From assembly GCA_008632985.1 (NCBI GenBank), contig QPGO01000052.1, positions 372,001 through 436,000 of the forward strand: DNA of 64,000 nt, given 5' to 3'. This stretch comes from Psammoneis japonica (taxonomy: Eukaryota). The notes under the pieces are model-generated. The model was not told the origin of the DNA. It did no database searches and saw nothing but the letters and a program-made list of their open reading frames with translations. Every line of letters starts with the position of its first letter. Positions within the stretch are counted from its first letter, which is position 1. The position numbers were made by a program, and so were the translations under genes. This document shows positions 48,530-61,081 of this stretch, one piece after another.

Positions 48530-51279
48530 ATGCTTCAAGACTCGTTTCTCTTTCTTTGTTTGACGGCATTGTGTCTTCCTAAGACGCGATGGGCTGCAGA
48601 CTTGATTCGGGCACTTGGAGAAGTTTTAGAGGTCACCGACGGGCAAATTCATGGGGCACTTCCGCTGCTGTATTCTCCTCAACTCCATGAAGAAAGTATG
48701 CTGTGTCATGCAGAAAAGATGGCGGCTTCCCTACGATCAAATATGACGCGGGAATCGGCAGTTGGGGGTTTCATCACCATATTTTCAATTATTCTGCATG
48801 GGCAGGAACTAGCGGCGCTGGAAAAGCCAAGCAAACTAGGAAAAGAAAAGCGGTTAGATCCTAAAGTGGTGCAGCTGTTGCGGTTTGATGCACGCACGTC
48901 TGTGTTGCTCCGACGATTGGCGTTCTTGCTAAGAATAAAGCTGTCGTCGTTATCAAAGCTGGAAGATGTCGCTATACGACAGATGCAGCAGAGCGTCATG
49001 CAAATGCGACAGTCTGAAAATGCGGGCGAGGGAAAGAACAGATTAGTACGAAAGCAACTGATTCGCGCTAGTAAGATTTGTGGAGGTGCCATTGCAGCTG
49101 GGGGTATGTTGGCACTGACAGGGGGCATGGCTGCACCGGCGCTGGCAACCGGTCTGGCAACGTTAGGGTTTGCCAGTGCGGCAACTTTTGCCACCACGGC
49201 TGCGGGTAAGTGCCATTTTCGAGTGTGACGCCTTCCTGCCTACTCTTACGCTCAATCCAGAGTTATTATACACCTTTCAGTCGCAGGTTTGCTAGGAGGG
49301 GCTGGTGCTGGATATGGCGCCTACAAAATGACCAATAGAACCAAGGGGCTGACGCACTTTGAATTTCAACAGATTAGTTCCCAGCGACAAACTGAGCATG
49401 GAAATGATTTCAGTCTTACGACGATGAAATGAAAGGCATGACCGTTTACATCTGTGTCAGTGGCTATCTCCGCCAAGCTGGTCCAGTGTTAAATGACCCC
49501 GAAAGCATTGATCGCACATCGGCCGTGTCCTCCATGTTGTTCTCGACCGATGCCACGAATTCTCCAGATTTTTATGCGCCATGGGGAGCAGAGCCGCCCG
49601 TTAAATTCAACTCACTGTTGCTAGACAGATTCTACTCCGTGGTCGCCCCCGAGCGAAGGAAACTAGTTCCTCATTTGCTCAAACGGTATTCTGGGCAAGA
49701 GGAGACACTGATGAATGAACTAGAGCGTCTCTATGGCATACACCCAAAGAAATTGGCGCCACGCCAGGCGCAGCCAAATTACTACGTGGGCGACGACGAA
49801 ACCAAAATCTATAGCATCGTTTTGGACAATGGCATTGCTGCTGCCAGAAGAACATTCGAATCTACGAGTACCGGGGAGGAACCGCGGCTCGAGCCGCTCC
49901 CTGGTACCGCGGAGGGCATGAAATTGTTTGTAGACTCAAATCAACCTTGGAGTTGTGCTTGTGAAGATCTTGAACTAGACGGGGTCGGAGAACCGCCGGA
50001 TGCCATCGAGGAGCCGAAAATCGTTGATGACGACATTGTTAAACCTGAAAGTGAAACAGAAGGTTCCAGCATGAGCCCATCAGAAGTGCGAAACGCTCCA
50101 CGTTGTTTGCCCAGTAAGATACGAGACGCCCTCGCGGTGGAGATGGAAGCCATTAATTTGAACCAGTGCACCGCGAAGGAAGGTGTCTTTCCAGATGGGA
50201 ACGATTTCGAGCACCGACATAACATTGAACGCCCTCAGAAGGATGGAAACTTAAGCGATGACAAAGATGAGGAAATGGAGGAGCTTTCAGTTTGGTCAAC
50301 TCAATCTCTGTCATCTTCACAGCACTCAATTTCCTCCACGCAGCATTCTCGTCCATCGGTTGAATCTAGTCGAAGCGAAGTTTACTGGTGGAGAGAAAGC
50401 GTGGCAAATCATGGGGATCAATATACTGTCATTTGGGAACCAGATAATTTGCTCGCAATTGGCAAAGGTCTACAAGAAGTTATTGTGGAAGGTCTATCCC
50501 GTGGTATTATCGAAGGTTTGAAGTGGACTGTTCTGAGTGCTGTTGTGATGGCGGTCGCTATCCCTACGGCGATCTTCCAGTTCATGCATACGCTTGATGA
50601 CAGCTGGTGTCTAGCTATACGCAAAGCCGACGAAGCAGGAAAGTTGTTGGCCGATGCTCTCATGTCTGAATCCCATGGTAATCGTCCTGCGGTTCTCGTT
50701 GGTTACAGCGTTGGTGGCCGTGTTGTCGGAAAGTGCTTAAGTGAGCTAGCCGCAATTGCCACTGGAGGTGCTAAAACAAACGGGAAGGATGACGCTGATC
50801 CAGAAATACCGCCTATAGAAGAAGAGTTTGAGTTTCTCACACAAAGGATTGAGTGTGACACAAGTCTATCTGAGAAGGAGAGGAAGAGGAGGCTTCGTGC
50901 GGCGACCATCGTTCGTGACGCCGTCATAATCGGCGCTCCAATCGACACGTCTCCTCGAAAGTGGGCACGGCGTCGCTCTGTCGTTCTTGGGAGGCTCATA
51001 AATGTGTACAACAACAAAGACTGGGTCCTTGCTTTGATTTATCGATACAAGCGTTGGTCTGTCCTTTCCCTTGCCGGTCTCAGGCAGATCAGGCTTCCCG
51101 TTTCCATTCAGCACGAGTTGGGCCAAGTGGAAAACTTCAACGTATCCGATCTTGTCGATGGCCACGGAGACTATCCAGCCAAGATGAGAGACATTCTAGA
51201 TCGTGTTGGAGTAGGTGATGTTAGTTGCGAGGAGTATCTTTCTCACTACTTTCCAACAGGACCGAAGGCATCGAAATAA
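48530..51279 (+). CDS. TMCO4/DUF726 family protein (intron 49206-49280; apparent 1-nt frameshift near 49410; start uncertain)
   Basis: GGMLALTGGMAAPALA, GAGYGAYKMTNRT, HGNRPAVLVGYSVGGRVV, GRLINVYNNKDWVLALIYR, LAGL, VDGHGDY. Confidence 0.85.
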
Positions 51280-51413
51280 TATCAGCCGCGACGCGGGGTG
51301 TGAGCGAACTGCAAAGGCAGAGATGAAAAGGACTGTCTAATCTAATAAATAGTTGCGCACATCTAATCGGTCTTTCTAAAGAGTGAACAAGAATGTGTCT
51401 ATCTTCCCGGGTG

Positions 51414-53177
51414 TTACATGCGAAAGATGCCAAACTTTGTTTGGTTTGGTTCGCATCCAGCTCGGCACGCCACGGAAAGGGAGCAACCCAGCACCATGCG
51501 GGTGTCTGCAGGATCAATGATGCCGTCATCCCACAGACGGGATGTAGAATAGTAACTGCTGCTTTCAAGGCTGTATTTTTCCAAAATCGGCCGCTGGAAC
51601 TCGGCCTCTTCAGCGTCGGACCATGTTTCTCCTCGCGCTGCAATGTTGTCTCGCTGGATAGTGGATAGGACGTTTGCTGCTTGCTCACCACCCATTACGC
51701 CAATTTTCGCTCCCGGCCACATGTACAAGAACCTAGGAGAATAAGCTCTCCCACACATGCCGTAGTTTCCGGCTCCATAGCTTCCGCCAAGAATGAGCGT
51801 GATTTTAGGAACGTGTGTTGTAGCTACTGCGGTCACGAGTTTTGCTCCATGCTTTGCAATTCCTTCGTGTTCGTACTTGGTACCGACCATAAATCCGTTA
51901 ATATTTTGCAGAAACAGTAGTGGCACGCCTCGCTGACTACATAATTCAACAAAATGAGCTGCCTTGAGCGCACTTTCTGAGAACAGGATGCCGTTATTGG
52001 CGACGATTCCAACCTCTTGTCCCATGATTTTTCCAAAGCCCGTCACAATGGTCGTTCCATAGTTAGCTTTGAATTCATGAAACCGAGAACCATCAAGGAT
52101 CCTCGCTAGTACCAAGCGCACATCGACTGGTTGTTTAAGGTCGATCGGAAGGACAGCTCCCAATGAGCTAGGATCATACAATGGCTCCTCCCAATCACCG
52201 ATCTGTGACGTTGCGTTGGAAGACGAGTCTCCTAAACAAGCTACAATATCACGAGTGATACGGAGGGCGTCCTCTTCTGTCTTGGCCAAATGATCCGCCA
52301 CACCGGATGTTGTACAGTGCACATGAGCACCTCCGAGTTCCTCTGCAGACACTTCTTGGCCAGTCGCGGCCTTGACAAGAGGCGGACCACCTAGGAAAAT
52401 AGTTCCGTTGCCCTGTACCATGACAGTCTCATCACTCATACTGGGTACATAGGCCCCACCGGCAGCACAGCTGCCGCAGACGACTGCAATTTGCGGAATG
52501 CCACGACTGGACATTTGAGCTTGGTTGTAAAAGATACGTCCAAAGTGGTTTTTGTCAGGAAACACTTCCGCCTGTTTCGGTAGGAAGGCTCCTCCAGAAT
52601 CCACCAAATAGATGCATGGTAACTCATTTTCCAAAGCAATTTCTTGCGCTCTGAGGTGTTTCTTGACCGTGATTGGAAAGTACGTCCCGCCTTTTACTGT
52701 AGCGTCGTTGGCAATAACCATGCACTGACGCCCCGCCACGACACCAATTGCTGTGACAATGCCTCCGCTAGGAATATTTTTCTTCTCATCTGTATCAAAG
52801 CCGGCTAGAGCTGATAGCTCTATAAGGGGCGTTCCTGGGTCACACAAACGATCAATGCGTTCCCTTGGTAACATCTTGTTCCGAGCCTTGTGCCGCGCCA
52901 CAGAGTCGCTGCCTCCACCCAATCGAACTTTCTCAAGCCGTTCTTCTAGCTCATTCACTTGATAAAGTGTTCGATCCATAGCTTTTTGAAATAAATCACC
53001 CTTTTTGTCCAGCTCGCAGTCCAGAAGCGGCGGTGGCTCGTGAACAGCAATCTCGCGAAAACAATCCGATGCTGTGAAAGTTGACAGGGCTCTTCTTCTC
53101 GACACTTCAAAGCAACGTGAGGTTTGAGTCACTCGCCCCAAACCTCTGCTTCCCTCAATACACAGACGAGCTAGCAT
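51414..53177 (-). CDS. MCCC2: 3-methylcrotonyl-CoA carboxylase beta subunit
   Basis: [58 protein letters not shown]-terminal FGIFRM. Confidence 0.96.
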   Translation of the reverse strand: MLARLCIEGSRGLGRVTQTSRCFEVSRRRALSTFTASDCFREIAVHEPPPLLDCELDKKGDLFQKAMDRTLYQVNELEERLEKVRLGGGSDSVARHKARNKMLPRERIDRLCDPGTPLIELSALAGFDTDEKKNIPSGGIVTAIGVVAGRQCMVIANDATVKGGTYFPITVKKHLRAQEIALENELPCIYLVDSGGAFLPKQAEVFPDKNHFGRIFYNQAQMSSRGIPQIAVVCGSCAAGGAYVPSMSDETVMVQGNGTIFLGGPPLVKAATGQEVSAEELGGAHVHCTTSGVADHLAKTEEDALRITRDIVACLGDSSSNATSQIGDWEEPLYDPSSLGAVLPIDLKQPVDVRLVLARILDGSRFHEFKANYGTTIVTGFGKIMGQEVGIVANNGILFSESALKAAHFVELCSQRGVPLLFLQNINGFMVGTKYEHEGIAKHGAKLVTAVATTHVPKITLILGGSYGAGNYGMCGRAYSPRFLYMWPGAKIGVMGGEQAANVLSTIQRDNIAARGETWSDAEEAEFQRPILEKYSLESSSYYSTSRLWDDGIIDPADTRMVLGCSLSVACRAGCEPNQTKFGIFRM

Positions 53178-53416
53178 CGTTTTGGATAAAAATAAACCAA
53201 GAGGTCGTGTTCAGGTGTTCAGTCGGTGACAGCGTGCCGAATGTCATTGACAACAGGCATTTCGCAGAATTGCAGACAAGCCGAATTTCAATCAGTTCCG
53301 GGTGCTTTTGTGTCAAATCAGTCACGCTTTGGCTTGAGTCACGACCTGCTTGCTTGCAACCGCGCGATCGCGCGAATCGGAAACGAAGACGGACAACGGA
53401 CAACGACTATTAGACC

Positions 53417-53950
53417 ATGATGATGGCTAGTACCGACGAGGCGAAAGCTGGAGCAACGCCAACTACTGTATTCATGAATCAGAGCCCATCCTTGACCATT
53501 CGAATTGTTGGTCTGGGCCAAGACTTCACTTTGGTGGACTTGGACTCATCAACAACGATTCGCCAAGTCAAAGCAGAAGTGGAGGCGAGAACCAAGCTTC
53601 CATCATGTTATCAGCGATTGATTGCGCGAGGGAAAAAGCTTGACAACGATGATGCAACGTTGTCTGAGATTGGCATTGAAAATCGTACTCGTTTTATGCT
53701 ACTCCACAATGCGTCATATGCTACTGATCGGCAAGCGTTTGAAACGATTGCTGCTCTGGAGGAAGAAATCGATGAATTAGAAGGAAAGGTCGACAGCACA
53801 CCACCAGAAGTACTGCAGGAGCTAGCAACTCAATTATGTTGTAAACTGGATGGTGTAGACACGAATGGATCTGAATCTCTCCGAGCTTTGAGAAAGAAAG
53901 CAATTGAGAAAGCCAACGCGATTGGCCATTCAAAGGACACGGACAAGTAA
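53417..53950 (+). CDS. Ubiquitin-like + BAG domain co-chaperone (BAG1-like)
   Basis: UBL segment (QRLIARGKKLDNDDATLSEIGI) followed by BAG-like helices (TQLCCKLDGVDTNGSESLRALRK). Confidence 0.85.
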   Translation: MMMASTDEAKAGATPTTVFMNQSPSLTIRIVGLGQDFTLVDLDSSTTIRQVKAEVEARTKLPSCYQRLIARGKKLDNDDATLSEIGIENRTRFMLLHNASYATDRQAFETIAALEEEIDELEGKVDSTPPEVLQELATQLCCKLDGVDTNGSESLRALRKKAIEKANAIGHSKDTDK

Positions 53951-54028
53951 CAAACAACATCATTGGCGGATTTTTGGTACTGGTACTTTAGACTTGAATT
54001 TAAAAATATGACGCATTCGTTTAATCTA

Positions 54029-55217
54029 TTAGTCCATGGTACATGAGCTCCCATCATCGCTGCTGTCAGGACGCATCGTAATGCCCACACTTGTTAGAAA
54101 GAACGGTTCGCCATGAAGAGTAACTTTTCGCCAGTGAGCTGTAATCGTATCGAACTTTTCGTGTGCACCATTTTTTATATATAAGTTGATCTCGGCAGTG
54201 CCATCTGCGTGTGGTGTAACATCACCCTCTTGAAATCCTACAAATTGGCAAATCAGGGGATGCATAGCCTTATACAAACTCTCTTTGATGCTGGATAGGC
54301 AACACAAGCAATATGCGTCGGTGAAGAAAATTGATGTAAGAACAGTTGCGAGTTATTCTTTCCAAAATGTAGCACTTGAGGATCATACCTGAATCGGAGT
54401 AACACTTCTTCCTCCTTTGATATCCCCTGTACAGAAACAACAATGGATTGAAAGGAAAAAGCGGAGAATTAACCAGTGCTTCTTCGTCATACGCGCTTGT
54501 TGGTCCTAAGTTCTCACCTCAATGCGCCCAAGGTCCTCGATTTCTTGAGGGGTTAAAATGCGTTTCGCAACACTCCGTCTTTTCGAATGGGTGTATTCGA
54601 TATCGATTCCAACTCCCATTGCAGGAGCGTCAGGATCCGAATAATCTACTCTCGCGACGAGTGCAACTCCCGTCGTTCCCTTATGACTAATGGATCCCAA
54701 GAACCCCTTTGGCAACGTTGGTCTCCCATTGTCGTCACGTAGTATTATGCAATCGTCTATAGGCGCTTTTTCCTCCCGCAGTGCTTGTCGCATCGCTAGC
54801 CTCCTAAGTAAAATGTTTGCAACGCATACGTCGATTTAAGGCCCAATCCGAACGATACCTCCTCAGGATGCAAGCACCCGTTTATCCAGTGCTTGTCATT
54901 GCTTTCAACTTCAAACCGAGTCAACGCGTCGGGATGCGATGTCTCGTCAGACTCTGCTGCCAGTCGCAAGCCCACACACCGACCCTCGGGGAGCTCCAAC
55001 GTAAACAACGATTCGTACTTCTCGAGTTGCGTTTTTTCGACAATGGAAAAGTATCCACCGCACTTCTCATTCTCATTACTTGTCTAAGTGGCCACGTTGG
55101 TGAGCATGACAAATTGTTCAATGTTGCTCTGTGTCGTCTCAATAATATTCTCGTCATTGCCGATCCCGTTGTAGCAGAAAACGCTGTTGTCGTCCACAAT
55201 GACATGATTAAACACAT
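54029..55217 (-). CDS. 4'-phosphopantetheinyl transferase (EntD/Sfp-like); two introns and apparent frameshifts near 55090 and 54800; start uncertain
   Basis: LHPEE, GRPTLPKGFLGSISHK, GVGIDIE, LLRFS/IKESLYKAMHP. Confidence 0.85.
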
Positions 55218-55909
55218 TACAAGGAAGATCAACCGAATCGCCTGTCTTTGTCTATGGCGGTGAATGTCCCCACGCCTTATTGTTCTTTGCTTCGGAGAAG
55301 ACCCATGTGCGAGATTCATTCGACCTGCTGACAATCCTTTCCACGTGCGTCGACACGATGAAGCTGCCAACACAGAAAAAGTCCGGATGAAGTACTTGTA
55401 CTCAACACTCGGCTGCTTCAACTACAAGAGTTGCCATTGCAATTCTTTTTGATGTTTATTGGTTAGGAGGGGAACTCTGACTGAGAGGTTGAGGGTCGAG
55501 CGTAGAGCGTCGAAACACTGAAGGTCAGGCGTTATAAATGCGTTATGTACTGTACGTACCCATGGAAGCGGTTTTTGCGCCACATTTTCCCCGCCATTTT
55601 TCCTCGCCACGTCACTGAGAAATTGCGAGCTACTACTAGCGATAAAACTTTGACATTCCTGGAACACCCTGGTCTCATCATTTCTGTCGCTTCTGGTGTG
55701 TTGTTTGCAATTCCAAATTGTGCTCTACTAGTAGCTAGAGCTCTACTCTAGTTGGGCTAGAGCGCGGCACAAGCTGAACCTGTTCAAGGCAGAGGCATTT
55801 ACACGTTCTTGTGTTTCGTGTTGCGGCAAGCTGAAGGTTGAGGGTCAAGAATCTTTGGTGTTGGCACGCATCTCGAGTCGCTAGTCTGACTCCACTTTTT
55901 GAAATCAAC

Positions 55910-56609
55910 ATGCCTTTCTCACGACGAGATATCTTTGCGGTTGCGATGATTGCAACTCAATTGAGTTACGCAGCGAGTTTCTCAGTCAAACCGCCACTTT
56001 TTTCGTCGACACGCAGCATTAAGCGACCCCCCAATGTCGTTCAGCTATGCGGTGGAGGATCTGACGACGATCCCACCAAGGTTTGGTACGCAGGCATCGC
56101 CAACGGCATTCAGAACATTTTGACGAATTCTCCTCTCAAGGAGGGGAAGAAAGCCATTGTTCGTGCACTAGCGGGTGAATACGATGAAGAAGCCGTCCGT
56201 GCCAAGTTGCGTGCCTACATTGAAGGCTCCCCTGTTGTCATGCTGAGCTTCACCACGTGACCATTCTGCATCAAGGCCAAGGCGGTTCTTGATGCAAAAA
56301 ATGTCAAGTATGATGCCGTCGAACTGGATGTCGTGCCGGACGGTAAAGCCATCCGTGCGGAAATGGGTGAACTGTTGGGGAGAACCAGCGTGCCTGCGAT
56401 TTGGATTGGCGGCAAGGTACGCTTGTGGGAATTGTATGAGATTGTTTAAGATAGTGGGTGAAGTTTCGCATCAATCCAACACTGTTTTGTTTGTCCCGTT
56501 TCAGTTCATTGGAGGCTGCAATGATGGGCCCAGTGAGTACGGCGGACTTATGACGCTCGAGAATTCGGGCAAGCTTAACTCCATGCTGAAAGAAGTTGGA
56601 GTTATGTAG
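55910..56609 (+). CDS. Glutaredoxin with in-frame TGA at the first active-site position (U-P-F-C), probable selenoprotein, plastid-type presequence; intron 56417-56504
   Basis: VVMLSFTT-TGA(56258-56260)-PFCIKAKAVL..GRTSVPAIWIGGK|FIGGCNDG, all in one frame. Confidence 0.88.
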
Positions 56610-56685
56610 AGTCCCCGGCGAGGTTTTCGAACCCGTGCATATTCGATTGAGGTTGACAATCGAGAGCGCGTGCAATCTGTAGTTT

Positions 56686-56752
56686 CGTGTGAGAATGACA
56701 GCGGTGCTGGCATGCAGAAATTAGCATCCCGTCATCGCTTGACCAACACACG
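56686..56752 (+). promoter_or_regulatory. Eukaryotic SECIS-like element in the glutaredoxin 3' UTR
   Basis: Helix I CGTGTG/CACACG; ATGA...GA core; helix II AGCGGTGCTGG/CCGTCATCGCT; apical ATGC/GCAT mini-stem with an AAA-containing loop. Confidence 0.8.
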
Positions 56753-56903
56753 TTATCTACGCTTGAGACTCGAGTATTCCTTTGACTAGTCAGCATCTCT
56801 CGATCGGACTATGCATTAGAGAATTGGTCACGTGTGTATTTGGATTAGTTATAGCATCTTCTTTCCCGTAGTATGTTTTCATTTAAAAGAAATCGCCGCC
56901 TCT

Positions 56904-58805
56904 CTAGTCCTCGAGAATGATTTTCCCAGCTGGAATGGGTTTTCTCTTCTTCCCGGGCTCGACGGGGTCCTTGATATCGTCAAGCCAGCCAAGATTGTGT
57001 GGGCGCCCAATTGCACGTTCTTCGGGCACCTTGTAAGTACTCGCCTCTTCCTCTGTTCTGGGGGACGTCCCCATCGCGTCTTCGTTTTCTGGCACGCCAA
57101 AAATATCTCCTCCAAAGCTGAATACACCTTCTACACTCTTTACGAAATCCTGAGAAAAGAAAACAGTAGCGACTCCGGGTAAGATAAGGATAAGGCGTCC
57201 ATCAGATTATGAATGTTGTCGTACCTCGGCTCCTACTCCAACTGATAATTCATCCGGTCGATCAAGCCTCTGGTCCAAGAAACGAATAATGGACTGCTTC
57301 TCCGACTCGAAGGTATATGTTTGGAAAAATCCTGGTCCGCCTTCCTCTCCAATTAAAATTTCCTCGTAGGGGGTCTTTTCTTCTGGTGTTCCCTGCTCCA
57401 TTGCTTCGCACAAGCGATCGACGACGAACCAGATGTCCTCGTAAGGATCGACTTGCATGTTTTCCAGCTGTTGAAGTAAACGACGCATGCCTTCTCTCAA
57501 CCCAGCTGGCTCAATTTCCTCGGCTGGACAAAATTCTTGGTCGACAAACTTTCGGAGAGCGGTTCCATCCTGAATAGTGGATGCCTTCTCCAAGAATCGA
57601 ATTTCGACTGGCAAATCATCGAACAGCTCAGGCGTTTCAACGAAAAGCTTTGTCATTTTCAGAGCCATTGCCAGGATTTGCTCACAATCTTTCTTTTCCC
57701 AAATGATTTGGTTCTGAGGCAAAAATCTCTTGGGGTCGCCAATACTGACAATTTCAATCAAGTTTTCGCGATTTGGTGGCCCAAGCGCCTCGAGTTGTTC
57801 ACCATCTCTGTACTTCTGAGCCCAATGAGCTACCATGCCTTTCAGAACGAGATAGTCACCACAACGCTCATATATTTCTTTTCCGCAGAAAGACTTGAGA
57901 TCCAGATTTCCGAAATTTGGTCCAATGCGCTCTTCTCCGTCCAGGATGATTTGACGAAATGGTGCCGAAATATGATTTTCTAACAGAAAAAAGTGCTTGG
58001 CCAAATCGCGATAACCCCTGGCCGCATCCTTCTCACCGAGAGACTGAGCACGAAGCATAAGACGGACAAGTGTCCTTTTCATGTTGTGTCCGAGCCAGTC
58101 GCGATTCGCCAAGACAAAATCAATGGCCTTGTTCGCTACAGAAGGCGTCGGTGGCAGGCCTCTTGACCCATCTTCCAGCTTGACAGAGCAAGCCTCGCGT
58201 AGCAAATCGATAATTTCCTCAGCCTTGGTGGTTTCCGGATTAAATCTATATTTTGCCCGTACATCCGGTGGAACACCCGGGAACATTTGAGCCAATCGAT
58301 ACATTGGTCCTAAATCGCTTAGTTTGACCGCCTTTCGCGTCACAACGTCCATCACCTTTTGACCCTGTTCAATCATTTCAAAGCCGGTTTCGTCATCCAC
58401 AATAATCCGCGACACTTCAGGCCGCTCTGACTTTTCCTTCGCAATACGATTCCCGACCGTGGAAGCGCCACCAGTGATACTGTCAGCAGCAGTTGGTTCT
58501 TCTGGAGCAGCATCGGCGTTGTCGTCGTCTTCGCCAATGTACACTGGATCGTCTCCAGCAGCACTACTCCGGGTAGATGCCGCAGTGTCGTCGTCATCAT
58601 CGTCGAGTAGAACTTCACGAAGTCGCTTGTTTCGCATCTCTTGTTGTTGTTGTTTTTTCTGCTGTCTACGAGCTCTGCGATTCATGGCAAATAAGGTAGT
58701 TGTAGTGAAGGGCTGACTACGAGTAGGCGGCGAGAAGGCTTGACATGATTGACTGCAAAGCCACAGCGTCAGCACGCCGCTTAATGCCATCCATCTCCAA
58801 CTCAT
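56904..58805 (-). CDS. Hypothetical plastid-targeted protein (2 exons; intron ~57150-57224, junction phase uncertain)
   Basis: 532-aa ORF with signal + CQAF-SPP motif; second exon GFRKSVEG..IGRPHNLGWLD. Confidence 0.75.
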
Positions 58806-60066
58806 GATTTATAAGCAGAAAAGTTCAGGAACAACGGGTAATGAAGAGGAACGCAAGGTACAGTATCGAAAAAGCAGGAAGTGTACACTTGATGATGTTT
58901 CACCATCGCGCTCATCCAAGCCAAGCAAGGTTTCAACGAAAAGATGCCATTGACGAGTGACGCATTCAACAAACCCGGAGTTAGATTTTATGTGCGGTCA
59001 CAATCGCATTCCACGTGTTACACAATAATTACATCGGCTCATAGCCAATAAGACAGTGTGAATGCTATTCTTTGAACTCTCTACTCTTTGTGTCTACCTG
59101 CTACTGTTTCCATAGCTTGGCAGGGAAAGCGAAACTCCGGGGAAAATAGTAGAAGATGGGAGGAAATGCTTGACTTTCGTGTACTACTGTAGCTCTACAT
59201 ACGTGATGTAGCGAAAGACTACACTCTTGTATTATCTATCGGAGAACTGCAGAACTTTCGAGTCTTCAATTTTAAAGAAATGTGACATTGTAACTGGAAC
59301 AATGTCATCATTCATCCGCAAATGCATTCTAAACATTCTCCTTTTTCTAGTTGAAACATGGCGATGACGTGCCATTGTTAGATCGGAACGACATTGTGTC
59401 GCTCGCTGTTGTGCGACCGTGGCCGCTGATCCATGGTGCTCTGCGCGACAGTCGTTAGCATTGCATTCCGTTGGAGCAGGTGCGATGTTGTCGCGTCCAT
59501 CTAGGCATACATGAGAGGGATTCGCCAAAAGTCAGAGCGCAAGTGTGAAGCAAAATATAGAATACACAGGCTCGTTGGAAGGCTCTGTCGATTCAACCAC
59601 GAGTTCTGGCGTATAGCATAACTCTTAGTTGGCACGGAAGGGTCCTCCTCGAAGCGACGTGACCGCGCCGCTATGCCGCTCCGTGCGCCAGGACCAGCAA
59701 TGCTGCAAAGATAACGCGGTTCTGTCCCATCTCACTCTGATGCTGCAGACCCAATATTTTCGAATGGCCTGTCGTTAACAGCTTACTCTCGACTGACACT
59801 TTAGAAACGGGTCATTCTGAGACAGCAACGATGAAGTCGACGGTGCCCGGACTTGTTGATAGACACCAGTTGGGGAAAAACCTGCCATATAAATGTCATG
59901 TTCATCTCCAACAAGAAAGTGTGCGTAGCTTGACAACTGTGGCCATCATCCAACTAGGCAGGTAATAGGTGTTAGCAGCAGAAGGCGAGACTTCAGATTG
60001 ACCCTGGCAATGACTGGTCGAGCGACAGAGAGAAATTCAAACTACAATCTTTCCATAAACGAGTAC

Positions 60067-60894
60067 CTAATGATTGGCCTCCTCCATAGCTTCGTCCGCG
60101 TCGTCTTCTTCATCTTCGTCTCCTTGAGGAGCACTCCACCACGTCGTCAATCCAAGTCCGTCCTCACAGATGGAGCCGACAATATGCATGCTCGCTGGTA
60201 TCTTTGAATCTGAAAGATCTAAAGAAGAGCTTCTCTTTCGAACGGGACGATCTGGAAAGCTCTCTGAAGAATCCTTTGGGCTATTTTCATCTCCACCGGT
60301 GAGAGACTTTCTGTCCATAGATGTGAACAAAGACGATTGGGCTGTTGTCGTTGTGGTAGCTTGTACTCCCTTGGCGGTGTTTGTCACTTGAGTAAAATTG
60401 ATGGACTTGACTTTGAACCGTATCTGTGCACCAATATCCATTTCAAATCGATTTTCTTCAGCCGCTTCTCCAGTACCTTCTTCTTCGTCGTCGTACTGAG
60501 GAGTCCAAACCCATAGGCCTGATTCCTTTTCATACTGACTAGGACGAAGCATCCAATAAGCTGGGATGAAGACATCGTCAAAGAATCCCAAACTGACGCG
60601 GATACCATCTTGTGTACTTTTCGATATTGTTCCGAGACAGACCTCCTCGACAAAAGGCCGAAACACCACCAGTCGAACAATGACTTCATGATGTGCCCCT
60701 CCGTCCCCAGCCACACAGACACCGTCTCCAATTTCCAAGGCATCCCCATACCGACAAATCACCAAACCTACGTCCATAATCACGCGGTTGGGGTACTTTT
60801 TGTCCATCTCGCCATGAACTGAAGTCAAAGTCGGCTGTGCCAGCAGTGACGGAGGAATCCTTACCGTGTCAGCGACCGTCGTTAACACAAACAT
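60067..60894 (-). CDS. POLR3H: RNA polymerase III subunit RPC25/RPC8 (Rpb7 paralog)
   Basis: MFVLTTVADTVRIPP, KYPNRVIMDVGLVIC, RLVVFRPFVEEV, GIRVSLGFFDDVFIP, EDGLGLTTWW. Confidence 0.92.
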   Translation of the reverse strand: MFVLTTVADTVRIPPSLLAQPTLTSVHGEMDKKYPNRVIMDVGLVICRYGDALEIGDGVCVAGDGGAHHEVIVRLVVFRPFVEEVCLGTISKSTQDGIRVSLGFFDDVFIPAYWMLRPSQYEKESGLWVWTPQYDDEEEGTGEAAEENRFEMDIGAQIRFKVKSINFTQVTNTAKGVQATTTTTAQSSLFTSMDRKSLTGGDENSPKDSSESFPDRPVRKRSSSLDLSDSKIPASMHIVGSICEDGLGLTTWWSAPQGDEDEEDDADEAMEEANH

Positions 60895-61081
60895 TCTCGT
60901 GAAGAACAAAAATCCTTCTTGTGCTGTTGACCGTCTGAAACTTTTCTAACCTTGTATATCACTACTCTAGCTAGTGATACTTCCGTTCTACCACTTAGAT
61001 ACAGCCAACGTCATGCCATAACTGCAACAAGATAGAGTCGGGGGCAGGTTCCAGGGTACATACGATACGGTACGTAACGAA

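Noticed and set aside
59232..59950. Possible gene between the plastid hypothetical and RPC25
   Set aside because: Only short ORFs, with no motifs or convincing splice structure
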